This document shows positions 1-14,010 of a stretch of 64,000 nt of DNA, piece by piece. Both the position numbers and the translations under genes were made by a program. Where the stretch lies: contig NC_068984.1 in NCBI RefSeq assembly GCF_001194135.2, positions 35,591,382-35,655,381 on the forward strand, written 5' to 3'. This stretch comes from Octopus bimaculoides. Its lineage: Eukaryota. Under the pieces are notes generated by a model. It was not told where the DNA came from, did no database searches, and saw only the letters and a list, made by a program, of their open reading frames with translations. Within the stretch, counting starts at the first letter, position 1. Every line of letters starts with the position of its first letter.

Positions 1-99
1 AATTTGTCCCGCTACGGCTGTGTTGTTACCGCCACTATGCAAAGTCTCTAGTCAGCCGCTGCATTTGATAAGAATGATAAGGCATTATGATCACAGCGA

Positions 100-360
100 T
101 AATAGTAATGACAACGGGAGAGGTGGTGACTGTGTCGATTGTTGCGGTGGTGGTGGTGGTGTTTGTGGTGGTGTTTGTGGTGGTGGTGGCGCCGACTGTG
201 GCGATTGTTGTCATTTTTGTGGCGTTGGCGGTGGTGGAGGTGGTGAGGCGGTGGCGGTGGCGTCGTCGGTGGTGGTGATGCTGAAGCGGGATGTGAGTAA
301 GAAGAGGACATCGAAGGTGATGGGAAAGATGAAGATGAGGATAACGATGTTGATGACATC
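100..360. repeat. Low-complexity GGT/GGC/GAT trinucleotide-rich tract
   Basis: Degenerate runs such as ggtggtggtggt, ggcggtggcg and gatgaagatgaggat. The overlapping poly-G/H/V ORFs come from the repeat. Confidence 0.85.
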
Positions 361-1471
361 AGTTAAAATAGCATTCTAATGTTTGACGATGAGGAAGATA
401 TACAAAAAATGCCCGCTAGTATTAACGAGGTGGCTTCTCTTTTTTTATGGTCACTAGTAATGTGCGTTGTTGAGTTTCCTCAAGACATATTTCGCTTCAT
501 TCTTAAGATCGATTCCTATAGAACTTTTATCTGCACACGGACTGAAATATGCATGCTTAGACTAATAAATACACGCATAAAATGTTGNNNNNNNNNNNNN
601 NNNNNNNNNNNNNNNNNNNNNNNNNNNNNNNNNNNNNNNNNNNNNNNNNNNNNNNNNNNNNNNNNNNNNNNNNNNNNNNNNNNNNNNNNNNNNNNNNNNN
701 NNNNNNNNNNNNNNNNNNNNNNNNNNNNNNNNNNNNNNNNNNNNNNNNNNNNNNNNNNNNNNNNNNNNNNNNNNNNNNNNNNNNNNNNNNNNNNNNNNNN
801 NNNNNNNNNNNNNNNNNNNNNNNNNNNNNNNNNNNNNNNNNNNNNNNNNNNNNNNNNNNNNNNNNNNNNNNNNNNNNNNNNNNNNNNNNNNNNNNNNNNN
901 NNNNNNNNNNNNNNNNNNNNNNNNNNNNNNNNNNNNNNNNNNNNNNNNNNNNNNNNNNNNNNNNNNNNNNNNNNNNNNNNNNNNNNNNNNNNNNNNNNNN
1001 NNNNNNNNNNNNNNNNNNNNNNNNNNNNNNNNNNNNNNNNNNNNNNNNNNNNNNNNNNNNNNNNNNNNNNNNNNNNNNNNNNNNNNNNNNNNNNNNNNNN
1101 NNNNNNNNNNNNNNNNNNNNNNNNNNNNNNNNNNNNNNNNNNNNNNNNNNNNNNNNNNNNNNNNNNNNNNNNNNNNNNNTTAACTAAAGGCAGGTGGTTT
1201 TTTTACTCTTCTCTACTGTTTTTTGTTCTGTGTGTATCAAAAATATCGCTATCAATTTAGAGTAATAATTTGTAGTTTTGGAATCAGTAGTTCTGCTATT
1301 TCTGAATTCTCAGTATGTTGGAGAAGCAGGTTACTGTCAATCCCTATATATTTATGATTATAAATGATTTTTACCGAAAAGGTTTTTTCATACTGAGCTA
1401 CCCGGCAAAATTGTTAATTATTAATTTTATTACTAATTGACGATTCCCTGCCCTGCATATCTATCTATCTA

Positions 1472-1508
<37 letters not shown>

Positions 1509-2349
1509 GTAGTTATGTATGTTTGCATTTGTGTGTGTGTTTTCGTGTGTCTGCGCGCATGCGCCTGTGTTATTTCTGGGAAAGAGTGTGACCTAGTGCT
1601 TCTTGGTTTCGCCTCGCTATCCTAGCGTTGTGTTTTCCAATCTTGGAGCAGATGACACATTCTGCCCTTTAGCAATTCTCTGTTTAATGTTGCTCCAGTG
1701 TACACAACTAAAGCTTACTAGCCTATCAAGCGTTGGTGCAGCTCCCTATCTCTCTCCCCTGCTACCTCTCCGCCTCACTCTCACACTATCTCACACTCCT
1801 CCCTTTCTTTTCGAATTATCACATCCTCGTTGTTGCACAATTTATATGGAAGCAATTCAGAGTGAGTTTCTCTGTGCTCGGGACAACATAAAACGAATAG
1901 TCAAATCATGTTAGGTGTTACTACGCCCTACTCGTTTCTGGAGTAGAGGCTCACCATTAAATATTCGGGTGTATGAGTTGTGTTTGTGTGTCTATGTTTG
2001 CGTGTATGTCTGTGTGTATATATGTATTTATGTATGCGTGCATGAATGCATGTTTTTGTTTGTATGATTGCGTACATGTGTTTCGATATTTGTGAGTGCG
2101 TGTGCCATAAGAATTCGTGAGATATCGATTTTAAATTATGGCGCACGGCAACATACAAAAGCCTGAAGTCAGTTACTGAAATAAGTTTGAGATTAGAGAT
2201 ATAGTTATTTGTATTTTGAGTCAGCATTTAGACGGCTACAAGACTTGAGGTGGTAGAATGAGGTTTACAATCTAAAGTAGTGTTTTAGTTGCAGAACACC
2301 ACCCTGAAATGTGCAATATAAAACGAATGATCTTAAATATAGTGAATTA

Positions 2350-3560
2350 TATTTGAACAGTCGTTGCATCACGTAACTATTACATCAAATCTGAAACAAC
2401 TGCTCAATCACTCGAATGATGATGTGATATATATCGACTTTGCCATAGTCTTAGACAAAGTTTATCATGGGTCGATGTGTCATAAACTGCGTGAAATTCG
2501 TCTCGTTAGAAAATAAGGAGAGTGGCTGCACGTCTTTTTTTTAAAATGCAGACGTCACAGTCGCAACCAGTGGTGCTTTTTTCTGGGAAGATATCGTTTC
2601 TCAGCATAATCCTTCAGGGAACTGTACTGGGACCACTAGTGTTTGTGGTGATTCCAACAGACATGCCCTCAGTCATGCAGTCAGCCACTTTCATGAGCTA
2701 TGTTGATGATACAAGGGTATTACAAGCAGTGAAGGACTCAGATGAGATCTTAAAACTACGGAAAGACATGAATGCAATATATACATTGGTGAGCTGATGA
2801 AAATAAATGCTTTTCGATGCTGAGAAGTTTCAAGCAATCCACTATTGGACCACAATCATACTATTGTTGGAATGCACAGGACCAAAGTGTAGCACAATTC
2901 AAGGGTAAGAATTGGAGGGTGATTTGGGAATCCAAATGAGTGATGATGCAACATTGCATATGCATATTTCCAAAATGGGAAAATTTTGTATCGACAAGTA
3001 CTTCGATGGCTTCTGGGATTACACAGAACCAGGAAAAGGGATACCACGCTCCTCTCCGCCTAGGGAGAACTTTAGTTCTCAGTTGCCTGAATTGCTGTAT
3101 CCAAATATGGACACAGAGCGACAAAATGATGGCGTAAAAAAGAGGCAATCCAGCACCATCACAGTAAAAAGAGTGAGCCGGTGCAACAGATAAACTATGG
3201 GAGAACCTAAAGGGACTGAATTTCTACTCATTAGTGAGAAGACAGGAATTTTCCATATACATATGTAAGATTCTGGACGTTTTAGTACCCAAATGGGTAA
3301 TTGAAAGCTATAACAACCATCGAAATGATAAGTACTGCATAGCACCAAACTTCCGTCATCTCCATCCACAGTAAGGACCCAGTATTGTAGAGTTTGTGTT
3401 TCAAGGATCTACAACTATTAAATTCTTCCAAACAGCCTTATAAACTTGCGATTGTAAATGTGGAAGACGTTAAAGAATGTTTAGAACATGTTTATCTAAG
3501 ATAGCAGACGACCTCCACATCGATGTCAAAGCTTCACTGAATTCATGGATTATTCAAATG
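2350..3560 (+). mobile_element. Decayed non-LTR retrotransposon reverse transcriptase, CR1/L2-type
   Basis: Broken translation gives IYIDFA..LDKVYHG..CHKLR (2430-2495) and LQGTVLGPLVFVV..DMPSV..SATFMSYVDDTRVLQAVK (ORF 2522-2797). These are the RT motifs DFxKAFDKV, QGxVLGPLLF and Y/FADD, with stops and frameshifts. Confidence 0.85.
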
Positions 3561-4213
3561 TAGACGCACAGATGCACACGTATAGGTATGTTTATATATA
3601 TATACGTGTGTGTGTGTGCATGTGCGTGACTGGGTATGTGTATGTGTAAAATTTGAAGAAGCTCGTGCATTCAGTGAAACTTTAACATCACATTTAATAA
3701 AATTAATAGTTTTGAAAGATCTACAATTGTAAGGAATATTTAATATACTTCGTTCTTTTTTCTTTGTTTTGGGGGTTTTTGTTTTTGCATACTACATACG
3801 TATTTATGTTAAATCAGAAATTTTTCAAAGGGGCGCCCAGCGGAAAACGTGTATCCTATTTTGCGTAGGAAATAATGATCCCATCAGGAAATATAATTTC
3901 CTAAATTGCTATCCGGAAAACGATGGGCTTCATGCAAGAATGAAATAATTTCTTCACACACTCAAACCTAAAAGTACATAACGTCTAGAATATTCCAAAT
4001 AATTTTTATCATTGATTTTCAGCTTTTAGAATATATTTTTGTTTATATGTTTAAGAACTCTAGCTTGGACAAATGTTCTAAATCATAACAACACCATATC
4101 ATACATGAAGTATAGCAGCAAAGTTTTCATAGGCTTGAATGCAACTAAAGTGCACACGCAAATTAGGCAAACATATAAAGCTACATTTTTATCTAATTCA
4201 TGTATGTATGTAC

Positions 4214-4425
4214 TAGTTTTAAATTTTGACACAAGACCAGCAACTCCGAGAGTAGTGATCGTTGACGAGATCAACTTCAGTGTTCAAATGTTACTCATGC
4301 TATCGACCCCGAAATGTGGAAAGGCAAAACCAATCTCGGGAGAATTTGAACGCATTAAGTTAAAACAGACGAACTGCCGCTAAATATTTTCCCGGCGTGC
4401 TAACGATTCTCCCAACTCGCCGCCA
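4214..4425 (-). mobile_element. tRNA-derived SINE, family A (GGCGGCGAG.TGG.AGAATCGTTAGCACG head)
   Basis: The reverse complement starts ggcggcgagttgggagaatcgttagcacgccggg, contains ggggtcgata and ends ...gctggtcttgtgtcaaaattt. It aligns by eye with copies at 14995, 18874 and 32345. Confidence 0.8.
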
Positions 4426-5238
4426 TTAAACAGGCATATATTAATGTGGGTTGGGAACGACTACACAGTAAATTTTAGTATTGTATATTATTTATTAACA
4501 TCAACAAGGATGTTTTGAGAGACATCTTCAAGTTTCGGTTTGCTAGATGTCTTTAGAGTTTGATTTACATTTTTCTTCAAGTTGGTGTTTATATACATTT
4601 TGTAGTAAAAAATTCGGCATCTCCAAGCACTGTGATTAGCAAGTATGTAGGTTGCAGGGAGAGGGGAGTTGTAGTTAAGAAGGAACAGGGGGAAAATAAT
4701 GGATAGAAGGAAAGTATGTGTATGTCACTTGTGTGCTAATAGGAAAGAGTGATGAAGAAATTCAGTGAAGCATAGATGAAAAAGGTGTAAATGAATATAT
4801 CATATTCAGATCGGAACATTCTTTGTATATACTGTTCGTTTCTGAGGTACTTTAGGCTTCGCCAACGAAAGATTTTAGATAATACTGTTTGTTACACAGT
4901 ATATGAGATTCAATATCGCGTTGTTATTAGTTTTCTATTAAGAAATTTTAAACTGGATGTGTATGGGAACGTTTCATCTCTGGGGACTACGGATATTTAT
5001 TGGTCATTTGCTTATCTATTTCTAGCATAGCCAATTATATTTATATTATATGAGTTTGGGCCAATGCATGTCGCTGCATTTATATCAAAATTGTTAATAG
5101 CGACGGACAATAACCCCATAAGCATGTGTGTTGATAAGGTGATATACAGGTTTAAAATCTGTGTAAATATATAATATATTTACGTACATTTGCACTAATA
5201 ACTTCATATGTCTATACCCATCAGTAACTACATATACA

Positions 5239-5239
<1 letters not shown>

Positions 5240-5303
<64 letters not shown>

Positions 5304-5358
5304 GCACACACTAATACATAACCTCATGGACCAATAAACACTATTAGGACATGAAACA

Positions 5359-5442
<84 letters not shown>

Positions 5443-5443
5443 A

Positions 5444-5484
<41 letters not shown>

Positions 5485-5492
5485 GTCTATAT
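5240..5492. repeat. Compound microsatellites (AT)n, (AT)n(GT)n and (ATCT)n
   Basis: Directly visible at about 5243-5302, 5361-5435 and 5444-5484. Confidence 0.95.
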
Positions 5493-6582
5493 ATATTAAT
5501 CTTTCAAGCTATCCCTAGAGATTTCCTACAGGAAATATGTAGAGATAACTTTCAGAAGTTATAGAATACAACTGCTAATGGCTAGATAACGAAATACTTA
5601 CTGGTTTTTTGTACCTATGCTGTCCCTGGACATGGATATGCACGCACAATATGGTGATAGTGTACAAGTAAAAAGCTGGATAAGCTAAGGTTTATCAGGA
5701 ATCAAATCTAGATAAGCAGAAAATGGAGAAAACGCTTGATCAACAAACCAACAAATTGACCAACGTCATTTTTTAAATACAAGCATAACATATCATTACA
5801 TAACATTTCTTACGGCCGTTTCGGCTGCCGATGTCAATCAGTGCTTAAAAGAAAATCCCGAAAATTATATTCGCCATCTTTACCGCTAAATCGAAAGAAT
5901 TTTACGGGCTCATACTCCTATATGCGATTCAAATAAGGTTATTTTAAGTAGAAATGGCTTTATAGGTACAGTTTATACACGAATTAATGGTAATCTTCCC
6001 GAACGATACATGTTTATAGCTGTTAGAGTGTTGCGTGTGATTTCTATGTTTATTATCATTAGTTATATTCTTTAGGCTTTGCAAATTAATCTCGCCATTA
6101 GTGGTGCTAGGAACCTGTTTCTGCCGTAATGTTTTGAGTTGTTACTGTGGTCTTCTTGATTAGTGGGTTCATTGACATCACACATCCCTCATCTATTTCC
6201 CCTTCGCTATTCCACCTGTTGTATTTCTGTTATTATTATAGTTCTTCTTCGTGCTGCTAATTCCGATCCCGTTAGTGTCGTGAGCTATTGTTCTCTGTGT
6301 TTTATTACTTAGTTTAGGTGTATTTCTATGTTCTGTATTATTGCAGGTAATTTTGTCAATATTATTTCTGTTCGTTGCAACCATGTGTGGGATATATTTA
6401 ATTCTACATCTATAGCCTTCATTTTTAAGTGCCTTAACTTACTGATCTTTATGAATATTAAATAAGTCGTCACTAGCTTCAATCACAGCTTAATCTTTTC
6501 AGCTTAATCTTGGCTCAAAAGTGTTTTCCATCTTCTGCTTACAAACACACATGTATATATATATATATATATACATATATAT

Positions 6583-6770
6583 GGGAGAATTTGCGAAAAG
6601 ACAACAGATGAGGACAGGTGGTGTAAACAACAAAAGGACGTATTAGTTTAACGCTCGGAAATAGAGAAAGTCTTTAACGTTTCGAGCTAGGCTCTTCAAC
6701 AGAAAGAAATAAGGAGAAAAAACAAGGAGCAAAAAAATTTGAATGTAGTGGTCAGCGATCTATCATGGGA
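6583..6770 (-). mobile_element. Short non-autonomous repeat, probably Penelope-associated, with a hammerhead-like motif; flanked by (TA)n
   Basis: cgctcggaaatag..aaagtctttaacgtttcgagctaggctcttcaacagaaag...gatctatcatg is shared with 35667-35790. (TA)n lies on both sides. Confidence 0.6.
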
Positions 6771-9700
6771 AATATATATATATAGTTAGATAGATACATA
6801 TACATAATCACTTTCTATATATCTGTACCTTCTTAGTGACACAAATACTTATGCATTAACATGTCCTTTTGTTCCACCAGCAAATAACATGAAAATAAAT
6901 AGCTAAACAAAAAACAAACTGATACCAAACCTTAATATATATATATATATATTTCGTGTAGCATAGTTTCCTCATTCGCCAACTTTCAAAAAATACCGTG
7001 TTTAGAATATCTTGACAGAAAGCTAATAACAACAACGCTAAATTAGATAGCAGTCCAACATATCCCCTATGAAGAACTCTATGATTTACAAGCCTTCTTG
7101 TCTGAATCTAACCACAGGAACTGATGGCATCTACAAAGAATCATTTGAACTGAATATAACAAATCCTTTTAGAACATTTTTTCGAAGTCCAGCCGAAACG
7201 TATATGATAAACAAACTATTCTCCTTCAAATGAAAATTAATTTCTCCAAGAAAATTTCCATTTATTTCCAGCACAAAGGTTTCTTCTATGATTTCACTAA
7301 GTACACCATTATAAAAACTCTATGGGTTTCTATATTTTCCTTTGAATTTTCATATATAACTACTTGCCCTGAATACCTACATAACACCTAAAGTATCAGG
7401 CGCAAAGTTCCACCCACTAAGCAACTTTTACTTATTCAAATTGTGATTTGAGTTTCTACGAGAAATACACTTATGTATAGAATTCAAACAATTCATTTAG
7501 CTGAAAGCTGCTTAAAAACCTTAATATTAAACGAGGAGTGTAATGACAATACTTTGACAAATATTTAGAAGAAATTTAATTCAATATTAAATTTGTAAAA
7601 TTCACAAGTCGAAATATTCTAAAAGTTAGCGTAAAGAAAGCTTCTCCAAAATATATTCGAGGTCACCTTAATTACACAACTATTATTGAACAATAGGCCA
7701 CGGTATTGTCATCAATATGCCATACACCAAACAATTTGTTTAGTAACATATACATTGCTTTCATATTTACATATATGTAAATTAACTGCTTAATTATTCT
7801 TTCCCTATGCAAATTAGAAACGCTAATAATTGTTACTAGAATTTTTGAATAATCAAAGGTATCGCCACCAAAATATCAGCATTCATTTTATGAATTAATC
7901 TAGAAATATCTAATAAAAATGTGATAATTTAAATGCCCATAATTCAAAATATGAACGTTAATTAACATAATCATTATCATGTAATATGTGCTAGAACTTC
8001 GCTATAAATTTAGTGTTTAACTGATGAAGAGTTAGAATAGATTTTCTGCATAATATATAGAGACTCTCATATATGTACCCCAACTTCTAAGATAGGCGTA
8101 TATTTTTAATGGTACAAAAAGTATTGGATTAAATTATATATGAACTACTGAGCTATATTTTATTTCGTCTTCTAACCTTCTGACAGCAAAATGCCGTTGA
8201 GGTCTGCTTCATCTGTCAGACCTATGCAAGAAATCAATATTCCTTACCTTTATGTTACTATTGGCAATACATTTGCTTTAGTGCCTCCCGCTTTCTCAAA
8301 TTAAGTATCGACTGATATTTGCTTCAAAATAAACATGTTGATAGCGAAAAATCACCTCGCCTACTTCGCACATTATTTACATGAATCATAATTATAATTC
8401 ATTTTAATAATTCTTAACTGTTAATTTATAATTTACGATCTGTTCATATGGGAGGGTTTGTTGATAATTCTATGAGGCCGTGGAGGTTGATAAGCACTCG
8501 TTTTCTAACTCCTTGATTTTTGTTTAATCTACTTTGTTTTATATTGTCCATTAGAGAGGAGGTTGAGTTGATATTCAATGAATTTGTTAGTGTTGTCATA
8601 TGAATGAGAGCGAAAAGATATTTTCAAGAAAGATAATGCTTTTAGAAGGCCACAGTTTGTAATTAATAATTCTTTTCTCTGATAATGCTAATAGCGATGT
8701 CGATTTTCACATATAGCTGATATATATTGCCTCAGAATTAATTTGCTTGTGCACTCTATATCTCTCGTACATATGCGTGATGACAATATTTTTAGTTTAT
8801 TCTCTCATATATAATTGTCAATTTTTACATTGTTTGACATACACATTTGTGCAACACTTCACACTTAATAAATGGGCATCCAGCTCGAGTGCGTTTGGAG
8901 TTCGATATGTTTTCTCTTAAAATCTATAGGCAGTGATTTATGCTTTAACCCGATGTAGGATAGGTTTAAAGTGACTTTGGTTATAGAAAGATTTTGCGCC
9001 ACAGATTTAAAATATTTTGATGAGAACATTGTTAATATCATAATTATTGCAGTCGTAAATATATACAATTTCCTTGGTTTTCATATTCCACATCTCTCAA
9101 GCGTTTTGAATGTTCACCATTTAGTGTATTTTGATTCTCCATCGTTTTGTGTAATTGTGTTTTAGTACAATGTTATATTACATTTAGCATTTCAGAGAGA
9201 CATCCTTGAAGTCAGATTTATAAATATCGCTAATATTATTATTATTTCATATTGTTAAGACAATGAATATTTTGATAAATGAGGCTCTGGTATACTGTGA
9301 TTTCATTTTAAATTTAATCTAGTGAAAATACATATTTGGCGCTATAAAGGTAAATATATCAAATAATTTACTGGTAGATTTGACCTCATACATCTCGCAT
9401 TTTTAAGTAAAAAGAAAATTAGCTTCCCAAATCCATATTCTCGGCATAAACATTATCATAATTCATATGTCTAATATTTCATTAGTTACTGTAGCTTCAG
9501 AATTTACTATATTCTTTTCACGAGTACATAGGAATTTCTTCTCTTAAAATTTTTATATTTTCTGTACTACACTACACTCTACGGAATCGATTTGTTTTTT
9601 ATGATTCCATTATTATTAATCATTGTATAAATGTATCAATTATTATGAGGTCGGTAGTTCTACAGTTTCGCTTTGTTTGTTTTATTAAAGATATTTCCTC

Positions 9701-10410
9701 AAAAGATATCCGCTTATAATAGATGCCTTGTATCTAGTGTCTATATTTTTATTGCATTATATATTACTGCATAGCTACGATTGTATTAGCTTTTATATTT
9801 TACTATAATTTCCATCAAAGTTTTAGAAGCTAAATTTGTTCTTACTTCTATAATACTATATCTATTTCAATTTCAAAGTTTTTGTGCAATTGTCGTCTTG
9901 CCCTCTTATAGTGTAAAGAAATTTTACCGATGTCTTCTTTATTCATTTTCATATTCAGGATAGTCAGACACAAGTTCTTTTGTTGAGAGCATAGAATAAA
10001 TACTCTGTTTAACTTTTTCAATATTTTAAAATTTGAAACGTTATTTTGATGTCATGCTTGTGCGGATTTAAGGGGTTAAAAATGGATGTTATACTTATGA
10101 ACATCTCTGTTCGAATACTTTCAGATTTAACACTAGATTCCGACTCGTGTTTAAATTTAATCTGACCATGGCAAATATGTACTCATTATGCCTAAAGAAA
10201 TATAATTTAACCAGTCAGCTGCTCATTGCCTTTGTTTTTACATACCATTAGTTCATTTGAGCGTTCATCAAACTCCTAGCTTTTCGTGTCAAATCTTCCG
10301 TTATATGGATATACTACTTAGTATATATTTCGCATTGCGTCTTACGCTCATAAAATGAGTTTCACTTTAAAATAATTATTAATTAAGTACTCTGCTTAAC
10401 TAGCGTATGG

Positions 10411-10614
10411 ATTATTTTCTACCATTTTTACATCAGCAATGGCACAGTCATTTTAAATTAGTGGAGCGGCAATCATTTATAATATTCACCCTTATGAACC
10501 GAAGTGTCAACGTTTCTTATACACTCACTTGGAACAGACAATTAGCATTAATTGGTCCGTAGAAAAAAAAGTGTTCCCTGTGCCATTGCTGATGTAAAAA
10601 TGGTAGAAAATAAT
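10411..10614. repeat. Perfect 37-bp inverted repeat with a 130-nt spacer (foldback/MITE-like)
   Basis: attattttctaccatttttacatcagcaatggcacag (10411-10447) is the exact reverse complement of 10578-10614. Confidence 0.9.
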
Positions 10615-11207
10615 ATATATATGCATATAAATGTGTATGTATCGGTGTGGATGGTGTGTATGCATGTATGTATTTATGTATGTATGCATGTATTGTAGTT
10701 AATATGAATCGTTGTGGAATAGATTGTGATGTTGCATTAATATTAGAGTAAGCAACTATAATGGAAGGATGTGAACCTCTGTAGGAGCGAAAAATATTGA
10801 AGTGAAGGTGAAAATTCAAGCATTGTTCTTGACTCGCTAAGATTTTGCACCTAGTTACATTCCTTGTTGCCATTGCATTCATTGTAATGGTTTATGTATC
10901 GTTATACACACACGTACACACACACACACATACACACACACATATATATGTGTATAGTATATTTATGATGTAACAGTTTATACTTTCGTTGCAATAATGT
11001 ACTCTAGAACATATTTTCAAACAGCTGCTGACGCAACTACAACCAAGTTTTGGTAGCATTCACAATCATTTCATGCAATTAGATTAGATTTCATTCCAAT
11101 GTGGTTGAAAGGCTGGAATTATTTTCCTGAATGTTAAAAGTTTTAATAGTGTTCTCTATAATCGCTAAGTCATAAATCCCTCGAAGTCAATTATCTATTT
11201 TTCTGCA

Positions 11208-11212
<5 letters not shown>

Positions 11213-11262
<50 letters not shown>
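11213..11262. repeat. (CT)n microsatellite
   Basis: About 24 CT units, directly visible. Confidence 0.95.
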
Positions 11263-11264
<2 letters not shown>

Positions 11265-12117
11265 GAATTCATACACACGCACACATACATACATAGATAC
11301 ATACGTACATATATACATCTATACATCCATACATGAATACACACAGACACACACATCCGAATCATATGTAAACATAATTTGATAATTGAAAATATATTAC
11401 TTGCTGAATATTAAATAAAATCAATTCTTCGATTATTATACATGCCACCTGATCCTCTGTGTGTACACACATATACACACACACGCGCACACACACTCAC
11501 GCACTCACTTTGCATGCACATACGCAAAGGCATACACACACGCACACACATACACACACTAACACATACATAATATATAAATATATAAATGTATATATAT
11601 GTATATGTATACATATATGAAAGAATGAAATATGAAATATCAATGAAATAATGAGTCTGTTCATATTAGCCCATCCTTCGAAACTAAATATATTGCTCAA
11701 TATGAACTAGAAATTGAATTTGCAAGGAAGGAAGAATTATGTATTCGATCATATTGTACAATAAGTATCAGTTTATACATTTTATACAAAATCAAGATGT
11801 GCGGTATATTGCTGTATTACAACCATATTCTTTTATATACTGACGTGAATTGCTGCTTCATTAAAATTTTAAGGTATCGCTTGTCTGTAATCAGAAAAAT
11901 AATTCTGAGATGCTGCTATTTATATGATTTAATATTGGATCTAGGTTTCAAACATAAATCAACTAATTGTCATTTGAAAGTGACATACATTGTAAGAGGA
12001 TAACATATTTGATATATATATTTTTAATATTTGAAAATCAAAATACAGCAAATAATTATTGAAGCTGCTCAGTACCCGACATCGGAGCAAGCATTAATAA
12101 TGAAGTGTAATTCCATA

Positions 12118-12312
<195 letters not shown>

Positions 12313-12455
12313 ATGCACCATGAGATTCTTAGAAGTTGTAGTTTAATCTTAGTTACAAAAACAGAAATATTCATCTTTCTTCTTGCTCTGTTAAAATGTT
12401 TGATTGGAAATATATTGAAAATATATTGATGTGTCCTACTTATTCAAATTATTTG

Positions 12456-12541
12456 TGCAGCTGAAGATGGCATTGAATTTAATTTGATGTAATGATTGCA
12501 TTGTTCAATTAAATGGAGCCGCTTGAAACGGTCGTACTGTA
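12456..12541 (+). ncRNA. Type-I hammerhead-ribozyme-like motif with a long helix II
   Basis: tgcag-CTGAAGA (12461-67), hairpin (atttaatttga 12477-87 / tcaattaaat 12505-14), GAAAC-ggtc-GTA (12525-36), ctgta. Helix I tgcag/ctgta pairs 5 bp including one G-U. The base of helix II is imperfect. Confidence 0.45.
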
Positions 12542-12643
12542 ACACTATTTGATATCCTGTTACTTATTTTGATTTTATTCACCTTACTTGCTGCTTCTAC
12601 TTAAGTACCCAATTCGACTGAATCTCTGAATCTATCTATCTAT

Positions 12644-12682
<39 letters not shown>

Positions 12683-12918
12683 NNNNNNNNNNNNNNNNNN
12701 NNNNNNNNNNNNNNNNNNNNNNNNNNNNNNNNNNNNNNNNNNNNNNNNNNNNNNNNNNNNNNNNNNNNNNNNNNNNNNNNNNNNNNNNNNNNNNNNNNNN
12801 NNNNNNNNNNNNNNNNNNNNNNNNNNNNNNNNNNNNNNNNNNNNNNNNNNNNNNNNNNNNNNNNNNNNNNNNNNNNNNNNNNNNNNNNNNNNNNNNNNNN
12901 NNNNNNNNNNNNNNNNNN

Positions 12919-13110
12919 TGTGTGTGTGTGTGTGTGTGTTTGTGTAATTGTCTTCTGTATCTGCCCCCGCCAGCATCGTCTGAAAACCGATGTTGATGTG
13001 TTTACGTCCCCGTAAATTAGCGGTTCAGCAAAAGGATCCGATTGGAAAATACAAGAATACATCCTGGGTGGATTTGTTCGACTGAAGGCGGTACTACAGC
13101 ATTGGCGATA
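12919..13110 (+). mobile_element. 3' half of SINE family B (microsatellite-containing SINE)
   Basis: gtgtttacgtccccgtaaattagcggttcagcaaaag...gatttgttcgactgaaggcggtactacagcat matches the reverse complement of 17128-17330. It follows (TG)n next to a gap. Confidence 0.75.
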
Positions 13111-13499
13111 GAAGAATTATTCACAGGAAAATAAATTATTTATGTCAAATTTAACTTGGATGTTTTGTTTGAATATCGAATACTAGGGTATACGCATTGA
13201 GAGGCCTATCACATAGATGCATGGTGCATAAACGCGCGCGCAAACACACAAACTCATATAAACACACACATGAACACACACACACACGAACACACACACG
13301 AACACGCGAACACACACACAGACACTGCTACCAGAAGAGAATCGTGGTACATTGGCGTTGGAACTGTCAAATCAAGTAAGGTGGTGGTAGTGATTCTCCT
13401 CAAAGACTCGTACCCACTCGCCGCATACAAGCCAAAACTCACTGCTATGCTCTCATAAACTCCCGCTGGTAGGTTAATGTTTTCTAGAAGTAGATCAGT

Positions 13500-14010
13500 A
13501 AAATATCGGCTCTATGTGCTATTATTTGCATGAATACCACCAATAACTTGCCTTGCCTCACTAGCCATCTGAATGTAGTTGAACGCCATGGCAAATATGG
13601 CCTTTTTCAGAATCAATACATTACATATTCATTGATTACTACCTCTAACCAAAGCAGAGATTTTCCAACATTGGTGTATATCTACCGGAATTCGGACAGA
13701 GCTGCTAGTAGTCATTCATCTTGTTTAACATCCAAAAATGAATCTCGTCAGGTTGCAGTTAATTTGTTCTCGGTGACATTTCCATCACTGTGCCAGAGAC
13801 CTTTATTCTCGTTTCTCTGCCTTTTCTAGCGCAAGTCCACGGATTATTATTTGCTTCAATCTGTTTCATCATGTGCTACATGGGGTTCAAGTACTACTGG
13901 TCCATTCGTAGCATAACGTTTCCTTTATGACTTCTCAAATAACCACTATTCACAGTCCATTTTCCGAAAGCGTTAACCATCTAGCATTTCATCCATGCGC
14001 AAGTTAATTT
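13500..14010 (-). mobile_element. Very decayed RTE-like LINE remnant (EN-RT linker and start of RT)
   Basis: Broken minus-strand translation gives SGYLRSHKGNVM, G.DGNVTE and LKK....NY..ASEARQVI. These weakly echo the RTE motifs GCIxSKDGNI, KAxGxDxI and PKKG..C.NYRTISL.SH.SKVL. Confidence 0.35.

Noticed and set aside
6950-9200. Possible highly decayed Penelope element on the minus strand (GLLKAL..NGQY..TLPY; gccgaaacgt at about 7193)
   Set aside because: Only a thumb-like fragment is suggestive. I found no RT or GIY-YIG motifs in the adjacent frames.
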